A stretch of 64,000 nt of DNA from Lingula anatina (taxonomy: Eukaryota > Animalia > Brachiopoda), in assembly GCA_051362555.1 (NCBI GenBank), contig CM120641.1:42352401-42416400 (forward strand). Reading direction: 5' to 3'. Shown piece after piece: positions 11,969 to 64,000 of the stretch (positions are counted from its first letter, which is position 1; each line of letters opens with the position of its first letter). Under the pieces are notes generated by a model. The model ran no database searches. It had not been told where the DNA came from and worked only from the letters and a program-made list of their open reading frames with translations. Made by a program: the position numbers and the translations under genes.

Positions 11969-12695
11969 ATATTTTAGGAACCTCAAATTCTTTGTAGCCT
12001 TGACTTGGCGCAGTCCTGAACGTCTTTGTAAATGATAAACACAACTTGAAGACTTACTGTGTGTACAGAGGAAACCACAGTTCCATTTTTTCCCACCGAA
12101 TGGGAGCAAATTACGCAGAAAAACCTTTTGTACAGTTTTGATATCAAGGGTAAGAAAGAAGAAATGTTTCAGGGGCGATCGATAAATTTTAGTAATAACT
12201 TGCCAGCATGAACAATGAACTGTAATTGTTGCAAATTAATAATCTGAAGAGAAATCGACTTTTTGCTCTATTAAGTAACGCCAAACTGTTACATCCATTG
12301 ATTTATTCATAGTCATATCAGAACGGGGTTGGTATTTTCGAAATTGATCTACAGGCATTTGGGCTTTAATATGCAGGTTTTTAGAAAAAATTAAAATCTA
12401 CACAAAAAATCCTTAAAATTAGCGTCTTTGCATAGCGACCTTGAACGAAAGACAAAAGAAAAATTACGGCATTGAGAGCACGCCCACAAAAGTCAAGCAT
12501 AAATATGGTTTTATACGTCACCGGTAACTTCTTTTAAATTCAAGACGATTGGTTAGTTTTTAAAAAGTTAAATGAAACTTGTGCAGCTGGAATTTTAAGT
12601 ATATATACCAGCGGAAAAGGGATATTGCTGCAAATGATACAGAATACAGTGCAAGTTTGCGAGTTACTGGAAAGTAAATTCCCGTCAGTTTGTTT

Positions 12696-13091
12696 ATGAT
12701 GTCGCCCTCAAAAACATTCGTTTTGTTCACTGAATTATGTTTCCTTGCTGCAGCGCATGGTTGCTACATTTTCAACGACGGGTGTAATGATTTTAGTTGT
12801 TGTCAAAGAGACACGAATCCTTCCCTCGTCAACCGAGGAATATGTTGCGAGAAATGCACATGGAATCAGAACACGTATTCCGAAGGACAGTGGTTCTACC
12901 CGGCTGGTGAGCCTAATCGACTTTGTATCTGCACGTCATGCGGAAGAGTGTACTGTTCGCCGTCACAGTACCATCTTTGCAGCTCGTCACGATATTACAT
13001 GAACAAGTTGTGGTTCACGGATTCATCAGTTGGTCCACTGTGTCGCTGTCGATCTGACAATACTGTTGCTTGTGGTGCTGCTGCATGTTAA
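12696..13091 (+). CDS. Secreted 16-Cys protein, copy 3 (131 aa)
   Basis: First in-frame ATG is 12696 (the ORF track starts at TTG 12690). Signal peptide, 16 Cys, and TAA directly after the last Cys. Donor-like GT at 13103, acceptor ending 13283, ATTGG at ~12548, TATA at 12600-12607. Confidence 0.88.
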   Translation: MMSPSKTFVLFTELCFLAAAHGCYIFNDGCNDFSCCQRDTNPSLVNRGICCEKCTWNQNTYSEGQWFYPAGEPNRLCICTSCGRVYCSPSQYHLCSSSRYYMNKLWFTDSSVGPLCRCRSDNTVACGAAAC

Positions 13092-14817
13092 TGGTTATCC
13101 AAGTAATGTTTCCTTGAACATGTTATGATTTTTTTAATCTAACAAGCATTTAAAACTACATTAAGTCTGCCATATTGAGAATACAAAGTATGAGAGTTAG
13201 TATGAGAATTGTCTCTTAAAAGTTTTGCCGATTTTTTTTTTAATGAAATGTTAATTATTTTGTATGCTTTATTTGAAATCTAGACGTGAGCCAATAGAAA
13301 ATGGACGGCAGGTCGCACAGTCCATCAGTGCTGCACCGTAGGCGTCATAGGGAGAAACTGAAGAAATGGACACGGATGAATCTGTGTTCTGGCACTGTCT
13401 TAACTTGAACATATTTTTTAATTATTTAGAGGACAATAGTATGAACACACTGGACCTATGATATAATATATTGGAGTATGCATTGCTGTAAATACATCAA
13501 TTTTATGACCATCGTTTTTTCCCAACACGATGAACATTTACGTTAATGTATTCTATAAAAAATAAAATGACTAAGCAAATAATATGACTAAGCTTTCTTG
13601 GTCACAACGTGTTGTCAAAACCTCTGTTGCAACACTTTGAGAACGTATTTTTTCTTAATTTTTTAAATTTTACGACAATACTAATGCCACTGGAAGGGAG
13701 ACCCCGTTTAGTTGTGTTTCGTTTCACTGGTGACACTTTTCAAAATCCACTCATTTAATAATTTTTCTGTTTTTGTTTTGGAGGGGAAAGGGGTACTTCC
13801 AAGGAAACATGGCGATACATGCCCTCTGTGCATACCTCCGATCCCTACCGCGTTTTGACTTTTCAATCAACCATTGCTTGTTAAATATTAATACAGCGAT
13901 AAAAGTCGTAGAATGCAATGACTCCAACCAATCCAGACATCAAGCAGGAGGAAATAAATAGAAAATGTATTCCTTGTGTCTTTAAGAGAGGAAATTAGTA
14001 TTAATGTGATGTTGATAGAGTGCATATGGTTCACTTCACTTTACAGGTGACATTACATCTATTGGAAAACAAAAGTAAACGTTCAACCTGTCAGAACCTT
14101 ATGTTTATGGATTGCAAATTTACAAGTCAAGCAGACATTTTTGGAACCTCAAATTCTTTGTAGCCTTGACTTGGAGCAGGAACGTCTTTTTGAATATAAA
14201 CACAACTTGAAGACTAACTGTGTGTACAGAGGAAACCACAGCTCCCTTTTTTTCTCATCCAAGGGGAACAAAATACGCAGAATGACCATTTGTGCAGTTT
14301 TGAAATCAAGGGTAAGAAAGAAGAAATAATCCAGGCGCGATCGGCAAATTTTAGTAATAACTTGCAAGCATGAACAATGAACTATAATTGTTGCAAATTA
14401 AAAACTTGAAGGGAAATCGACTTTTTACGTCAAACTGTTACATCCACTACTTTATTCATAGTCATATCAGAACAGGGATCGCATTTTCGAAAATTGATCT
14501 ACAGGCATTTGGGATTTAACATGCAGGTATTTAAGAAAAAAAACCCTTAAAATTAGCGTCTTCGCATAACGGCCTTGAACGCACGACAAAAGCAAAATTA
14601 CGCCGTTGGGAATACGCCCACAAAAGTCAAGCATGAATATACTTTCATACGTCACCGGATTTAGATTCAAGACGATTGGTTAGTTTTTTAAAAAGTGAAA
14701 TAAAACTTGCGCGGCTGGAAAATTTACGTATATGTACCAGCGGAAAGGGATATTGCAGCAAATGATATAGAACAGAGTGCAAGTTACTGGAAAGTAAATT
14801 CCCGTCAGCCTGTGTCT

Positions 14818-15222
14818 ATGATGTGGCCTTCAAAAACATTCGTCTTGTTCGTTGTACTATGTCTCCTTGCTGCAGCACATGGTTGCTACATTTTCAACGA
14901 CGGGTGTAATGATTTTAGTTGCTGTGAAGGAGACACGTACCCTACCCTCGCCAGCCTAGGAGAATGTTGCATCAAATGCACATGGAATCAAAACACTTAT
15001 TCTTTTGGGCAGTGGTTCTATCCGGCTGGCGAGCCTAATCGTCTTTGTATCTGTACGACATGCGGAAGAGTGTACTGTTCGCCGTCACGGTACCACCTAT
15101 GCAGCTCGTCACGATATTACATGAACAGGTTGTGGTTCACGGGTTCATCGGTCGGTCCACTATGTCGCTGTCGATCTGACAATACTGTTGCTTGTGGTGT
15201 TGCTGCATGCTACAGGCCTTAA
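14818..15222 (+). CDS. Secreted 16-Cys protein, copy 4 (134 aa)
   Basis: ATG 14818 aligns with the paralog starts; the upstream part of ORF 14707 is promoter/UTR. Signal peptide MMWPSKTFVLFVVLCLLAAAHG|, 16 Cys, probable 3' intron 15225-15460. Confidence 0.9.
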   Translation: MMWPSKTFVLFVVLCLLAAAHGCYIFNDGCNDFSCCEGDTYPTLASLGECCIKCTWNQNTYSFGQWFYPAGEPNRLCICTTCGRVYCSPSRYHLCSSSRYYMNRLWFTGSSVGPLCRCRSDNTVACGVAACYRP

Positions 15223-15837
15223 AGGTAATGTTAATTTGTTATATCGAGCAGCCTTTTATATTATCTATAAAGCATTTTCACTTACTCAATCTACAACTTC
15301 GATTTAGAATAGAAAACTATGAGCGCCGTCAAGCTTGTAGCAATTCAAAATGAAAGCAAATACAACCATGTCTTTGATAATTTTTGTCAAACAGTAATGT
15401 TGAATTTTTTTCTGTTTTACGGTAGTGTTAATTGTTTTGTATTTCTCATTTGACATATAGACTTGAGCCAAGTGAAGATGGACGACAGGGTGAACAGTCG
15501 CCAAATCCTGCAACGGGGGCATCATAGAAAGAAACTAAAGAATCCGTATTATGGCAGCATGCTAGATTGACCATGTTGTTAATTTTTTTCTATACGTTGA
15601 TGAAAATTAAATGGTAATAATATGAATAAACTGGACCTATGTTATAATATATTGAACTATGAATCCGGGGAAGGTGTTGGTAGAATAATCTGCTGTTTTT
15701 CATTTTAATGTTCAAATATTTCATAAGAATACTGTAAATGTTATGAGACGAATTTTAATGTGAAAACAACTAACCTGTGGCCAATAAATGTATAAATTGA
15801 GCAATTAAGTTTTTTGGCCATTTTTTCCCAACACGAT

Positions 15838-16068
15838 GGTCGCACAGTCCTCCAATGTTGCACCACAGGAGTCATAGGGAGAAATTGACGAAACGGACAC
15901 GGGAGAATCTGTGTTCTTGCACTGTCTTAACTTGACCATATTTTAAAATTAATCAGAGGGCAACAGTATGAATACACTGGACATAATATATTGACGTGAA
16001 TTGCTGTGAATACCTCATGTATTTTGACTGAATTGTATCCAAGAAAGGTGTTGGTAGAATAGTCTGCC

Positions 16069-16110
<42 letters not shown>

Positions 16111-16240
16111 TAATGTTCAAATGTATCATGAGATTACTTTAAATGTTATGAGATGAAATTTACAACTTACTCTTACCAATAAATGTTGGATTGAGCAATC
16201 AAGTTTTATGATCATCGTTTTTTATTAAACACGTAACATT
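15838..16240 (+). pseudogene. Orphan exon-2/3'UTR remnant of a lost array copy (copy 2/3 type)
   Basis: Right after the copy-4 3' end the sequence switches to ggtcgcacagtcctccaatgttgcaccacaggagtcataggg, matching 10040-10081 and 13311-13352. It continues through a second 3'UTR with AATAAA at 16178. No coding exon precedes it. Confidence 0.75.
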
Positions 16241-16620
16241 GGCATAATCTATTAGTATAAAATACATTGTACTATATAACTGCGTCCATTCAAATAATAT
16301 GACTAAGCTTTCTTGATCACATTACGTGTTGTCAAAGCCTCTGTTACAACACTTTGAGTACGTTTTTTATTTATTTATTTATTTATTTATTTTTTGCTTA
16401 TCTAATTTGTTTTCCGACAATACTAATGCCACTGGAAGGGAGACCCCGTTTAGTGCTGTTTAGCTCCGCTGTTGACACTTTACTTCGTCCACTGATTTAA
16501 TATTTTTTTGTTTTTGCTCTGGAGGGGAAGGGGTACTTCCAAGGAAACAGGGCGATACGTGCCCTCTGTGCATCCCTCCGACCCCTTCCGCGATTTGGCT
16601 TTAAAATGAATCATGCTTGT

Positions 16621-17313
16621 AAAGGATATTGAAACCCTTTATTATCATTCAAGTACCGAAAATGATTTTTTTCCTGCATCTAATCATATAATAATGCATC
16701 TATCTTTGTACTGATTCAAAACAATGAAAAAGCCCTCGAAAATATAAAATGCCAGAATTTACATTTTTTGTTGCAATGTATAAGCATAGGCAACTCAAAG
16801 CTTGAATCTTCAATTTTTAAATTGTTAAAACACCCTTCTATTTTGAGGGAGATAGCAATCGGTATGGGGCGTAACTTCATCCCTGAACAAGATTTTATCA
16901 TGAAAATTGTCCAGGAGAGTATAGAATTGTACAATCCCGTGCCGTCATATTAGTTTAAATGTTATTGTTGCGGAGTTATAAGCCCCTAATTACAGATTTT
17001 TATTAAACAAAAGTATTGTTTTGAATTATCAACGATAAAATCTTAACTAAGACTTTTAAGGAAGTCGCTGGCAGGATTTTGGAGTATTAAATAGTGTCAT
17101 TTAACAATAATCATGCCGTGGGTGCTCAGATAAGAGAAATTTGAGAAACCGATTTTCAGTTCTTACCCCCAAATCGCAATAATGACGTCACCCATAAGAT
17201 GGCATATGTATAAATGTTTATTAATTTAGTTACTGAGCACTGAAGATTTATTTATTGCCCCAAAATGTATGTAGCGCAGTAAATAAGGAGTTTTGGGCGA
17301 AGGGTGACTATAC
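16621..17313. mobile_element. ~690-bp insertion at a TTAA site, possibly a Kolobok-like non-autonomous element
   Basis: Sister units read tgcttgttaaatattaatacagcg (10975-10998, 13875-13898). Here tgcttgt and ttaaatattaatacagcg are separated by this block. Terminal inverted similarity is weak (aaggatattgaaaccctt vs aagtatagtcaccctt). The insertion is certain but the superfamily is uncertain. Confidence 0.65.
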
Positions 17314-18166
17314 TTAAATATTAATACAGCGAAAAAGACGTAGAACGCAATGACTCCAACCAATCGAGACATCAAGCAGGAGGAAATAAATAGAAAATGT
17401 ATTCCTTGTGTTTTTAAGAGAGGAAATTAGTATTTAATGTGCTGTTGATAGAGTGCACATGGTTCTCTTCACTTTACAGGTGACATAACATCTATTGGAA
17501 AACAAAAGTAAACGCTAAACCTGTCAGAACCTAATGTTTATGGATTGCAAATTTACAAGTCAAGCAGACATTTTTGGAACCTCAGATTCTTTGTAGCCTT
17601 GACTTGACGCAGAAACGCCTTTGCGAATGATAAACACAACTTGAAGACTTACTATGTGTACAGAGGAAACCACAGTTCCCAATTTTCTAATCCAAGGGGA
17701 ACAAATTGTGCAAAATGACCTTTTGTTCAGTTTTGATATCAAGGGTAGAAAAGAAGAAATATTTTAGGCGCGATCGGCAAATTTTAGTAATAACTTGCCA
17801 GCATGAACAATAAACTATAATTGTTGCAAATTAAAAACTTGAAGAAAAATCGACTTTTTACGTCTAACTGTTACATCCATTACTTTATTCATAGTCATAT
17901 CAGAACAGGAATCGCATTTTTCGAAAATTGACCTGCAGGCAGCCTTGAACGCACGACAAAAGAACGCATATGCCCACAAAAGTCAAGCATAAATATACTT
18001 TCATACGTCACCGGATTTAGATTCAAGACGATTGGTTAGTTTTTTAAAAAGTGAAATAAAACTTGCGCAGTTGAAATTTTACGTATATATACTAGCGGAA
18101 AGGGATATTGCAGCAAATAATACAGAACTCGGTGCAAGTTACTGGAAAGTAAATCCCCGTCAGTTT

Positions 18167-18565
18167 ATGATTATGATGTGGCCTTCAAAAACATTCGTCT
18201 TGTTCATTGAACTATGTTTCCTTAGTGCAGCGCACGGTTGCTACATTTTCAACGACGGGTGTAATGATTTTCGTTGTTGTCAAGGAGACACGAACCCTAC
18301 CCTCGTCAACCCAGAAGTATGTTGCGAGAAATGCACTTGGAATGAGAACACGTATTCCGAAGGACAGTGGTTCTACCCGGCTGGTGAACCTAATCGTCTT
18401 TGTATCTGTACGTCATGCGGAAGAGTATACTGTTCGCCGTCACAGTACCACCTATGCAGTTCGTCACGATCTTTGTGGTTCACGGGTTCATCGGTCGGTC
18501 CACTGTGTCGCTCTCGATCTGACTATACTGTTGCTTGTGGTGTTGCTGCATGCTACAGGCCTTAA
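18167..18565 (+). CDS. Secreted Cys-rich protein, copy 5 (15 Cys; 12-nt in-frame deletion)
   Basis: ATGs at 18167, 18173 and 18176, followed by a signal peptide. RYYMNRLW is reduced to RSLW and LCRCRS is changed to LCRSRS. TATA at 18084-18091, probable 3' intron 18568-18807. Confidence 0.85.
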   Translation: MIMMWPSKTFVLFIELCFLSAAHGCYIFNDGCNDFRCCQGDTNPTLVNPEVCCEKCTWNENTYSEGQWFYPAGEPNRLCICTSCGRVYCSPSQYHLCSSSRSLWFTGSSVGPLCRSRSDYTVACGVAACYRP

Positions 18566-20244
18566 AGGTAGTGTTTCCCTGAGAAGACTTTGAAACATTT
18601 TTTATGTTATCTATAAAGCATTTTCACTTACTGTACATCTACAACATTGATTTAGAATAGAAAAGTATGAGCGCCGTCAAGCTTGTAGCAATTCAAAATG
18701 AAAACAAAAACAACTATGCCTTTGATAATTTTTATCAAACAGTAACGTTGTATTTTTTCTGTTTCACAGTAGTGTTAATTGTTTTGTATTTCTCATTTGA
18801 CATATAGACTTGAGCCAAGTGAAAATGGACGACAGGGTGAACAGTCGCCAAATCCTGCAACGGGGGCACCATAGGAAGAAACTGAAGAAACCGTATTATG
18901 GCAGCAAGCTAGATTGACCATGTTGTTAATTTTTTCTATACGTTGATGAAAATTAAAGGGTAATAATATTAATAAACTGGACCTATGTTATAATATATTG
19001 AACTATGAATCCGGGGAAGGTGTTGGTAGAATAATCTGCTGTTTTTCATTTTAATGTCCAAATATTTCAAAAGAATATTGTAAATGTTACGAGATGAATT
19101 AACAACTAAACCGTGGCCAATAAATGTATGAATTGAGCAATGACGTTTTGTGACCATCTTTTTCCCAAACACGATGTAACGTTGAAGTATTTTATAACAT
19201 ACTATAAAACAAACGAATACAGCTTTCTTGGTCATCTATAATAACCCCTTGTTTAATATTTCTGCAATATCTACGGCACAGGGATGGAATATCGATCAGC
19301 TTTGTTTCGTTTATTTGGTGATACCTTTATTCAACTCCTTACTTTATTTTTTTTATTTTTTTTTATTTATTTTTTTTTTTTTTTGAGGGGGAAGAGGTAC
19401 TTTCAGAGATACAAGGCATTACTTGTCCGTTGTGCCCCCCCCCCCCCCCCCCGCAAAAAAAATAAAAAAAGCACGCGATTCGGCTTTTTCTTGTTATATA
19501 TTAAAACAGAAAAAAAACGTAAATTGCAATGACAAATCGAGACACCTAGTAAGAGGAAATAAATAGAAAATGTATTCCTTGTCTCTGTAAAAAGGTGAAC
19601 CGGTATTTAATTTACTGTTTATGGAGTGCACATATTTCACTTGCATTCTCAAGTGACATTACATGTATTGGAAAACGGAGGTAAGTGTTATGCCTGTCAG
19701 ACCTCTATGTTTATGGATTGCAAATTAGCAAGTCAAACAAAAGAGGTGTTTGAAAATTGAAATTCTTTGTAGCCGTGACTTGAAGCAGGGACGTTTCTGA
19801 ATAATGAACACAACTAAGTTTGACTAGTTGGTTGCTTACTGTTAAAACCGCATCATATTTTCCATGCTAAAAATTACAAAATTCGTTATATCATTTAAAG
19901 AACAATTAATGCTTCGTTTTATGAAGCGAACGGCTACGTCCATTGTTTATACATAGCTCAGACAGAAAATACACGTTTTTAGGAAAAAAAACAAAATTGA
20001 GCGTCTTTGCAGAATGGCCTTGAACGAGCTTCAAAGGACACCCAGTGCATTATATCATTTAGTGCATGCTCACCACAGACACGAGTAAATAAAAAAAAAA
20101 AAAAAATGTCACCCGTTACTTCTTCGGGCTCAGGACGACTGGTTAGTGTTGAAAATGCAAGCTGCACAACCACAGTAAATGTTTTTATATTAACGGAGAC
20201 AATAATCTAGACGTTGGAAAGTACTTCTACGCCAGTCCTTGATT

Positions 20245-20558
20245 ATGATGTTTTCATCAAAAATCTTCAGCTTGTTCACTGAAACTTTTTTTTTATTTAC
20301 ACTGCTGCTTCATTTTCGACGGATGATGTTGTCAGGGAGACACGGACCCTACCCTTGTCAACCTAGGAATATGCTGCGACAAATGTACATGGAATTAGAA
20401 CACATATTTCCGTGGCAAGTTTTTTTACCCGACTGGTGAACCTAATCGTCTCTATATCTGTACGACATTCGGAAGAGTGTAGGCTACTGTTCGCCGTCAC
20501 AGTGCTATACCATCTTTGCAGTGCATCCCTGTATTTCGAGAACAAGTTGTGGTTTACA
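20245..20558 (+). pseudogene. Pseudogene copy 6 of the 16-Cys family
   Basis: Recognisable paralogous blocks (CCQGDTDPTLVNLGICCDKCTWN, GEPNRL, FENKLWFT) are broken by deletions, frameshifts and TGG AAT TAG (Q to stop). The copy is truncated at the 3' end. Confidence 0.88.
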
Positions 20559-20626
20559 TAATAGTGAAGACCGGGAATTGCAAGAAATAACATAACCACA
20601 GTGCAAGTTACTTTACGCCAGTCCAC

Positions 20627-20661
<35 letters not shown>

Positions 20662-21493
20662 GCACTGAAATCGCATGGGCAGTTAAATGATGTTGCACTC
20701 AACCTTCATCTACTTTTTCACCCCTATCCCCTTAAAGGTTGGTGTAAATGTAATTATATTCATTTTGCTGTCATTTGGACACGACTATGTTTTTAAAAGC
20801 ACCATCATCATAAATGAAAAGAAATTGCAGTTCTTCTTCTAGAACTTACAGGTTAATAATAATAACACCAATTGATTTAAAACGCTGCATAGCCTATGGT
20901 CATATTTGGTAGAATTGCACAGTGCTATCTGCCAAAAGCGAACAACATTTTTCTGAACATGAAAATCATAAGAAGGGACATTATTTCAACAGAGGATTGT
21001 GATCAGTTTCCGTAGTTTTGCTCAGATGTGTTCCCTGCTATATAAAGCCACGATAGGGGCCTACAATGGTTTCTTCTCTAACACAATGATTCTGAACACT
21101 CGTCTACGTTTTAGTACGTTTACTTGTTCTGAAAAGCGCTGAGCATTTTAGCCTAGTGCCATGTCACCTTTATCTGCCTCTTATAAATCCTGGTTGACAT
21201 GTGCGAAATAACCCGTATTTTTATGACCGCACATTGTCTGGATTGACATGATAATAACGCAACACAAAAGATGTTTACACGTTGCTTTGGGAGCATAAAC
21301 GTCACGAACCGCCATATTTATTTACTCATGAATATTCATAAGGTCACCTGTAAACTGTCGAAAACTTCTGAACACAGCAAGCGGGTTCTTGCTGTCATTT
21401 TGTCTATGTTTTAAGTTGATTTTTGTTCTAATAACTGTGGTATTTATAACATATACTTGGAATACACAATGTTACGGTAACTGGATTTGAGAA

Positions 21494-64000
<42,507 letters not shown>

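Larger units (their letters stand above)
5300..20630 (+). repeat. Tandem array of a ~2.1-kb gene-containing unit (6 units plus remnants)
   Basis: The upstream block gtgcacat...atgtttatggattgcaaat...ttctttgtagcc.tgacttg recurs at ~5560, 7590, 11120, 14020, 17450 and 19625. ATG spacings are 3220, 3279, 2122, 3349 and 2078 bp, and the longer units carry insertions. Array edges are approximate. Confidence 0.9.

Noticed and set aside
10892-14802. kappaB-like strings (GGGGTACTTCC, AAATTCCC) around array promoters
   Set aside because: The matches are imperfect and recur only because the unit is duplicated, so they are not independent evidence of NF-kB control.
14707-14817. N-terminal extensions of copy 4 (from 14707) and copy 5 (from 18032)
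   Set aside because: They start at non-ATG codons, span the TATA box and 5'UTR, and the signal peptide aligns with the downstream ATG.
5300-20630. Possibility of a CRISPR-like or prokaryotic system in the regular repeats
   Set aside because: The repeats are kb-scale gene duplications in intron-containing eukaryotic DNA. There is no repeat-spacer structure and there are no cas genes.

Overview
AT-rich eukaryotic genomic DNA with spliceosomal GT-AG introns. It is probably a marine invertebrate, and the repeat landscape looks mollusc-like (inference only). Three gene blocks lie on the + strand. (1) 1164-2580: a two-exon, 172-aa single C2H2 zinc-finger gene, with the finger split by the intron, behind a promoter carrying E2F/NRF1/CCAAT-like motifs. 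(2) ~5.3-20.6 kb: a head-to-tail array of a ~2.1-kb unit holding five intact genes and one pseudogene for an unassigned small secreted 16-Cys protein with VWC/pacifastin-like half-modules. The array also has a hidden conserved 3' intron and exon 2, mosaic copies, an orphan remnant of a lost copy, and several transposon insertions whose empty sites are visible in sister units. (3) 21494 to beyond the window end: a giant gene of at least 59 phase-consistent exons (~11.1 kb CDS, ~3,700 aa so far) encoding a signal peptide and GCC2/GCC3 (ephrin-receptor-like) Cys-rich repeats, with a length-conserved ~689-aa super-repeat. No rRNA, tRNA or CRISPR features were seen. All calls were made by eye without database searches.
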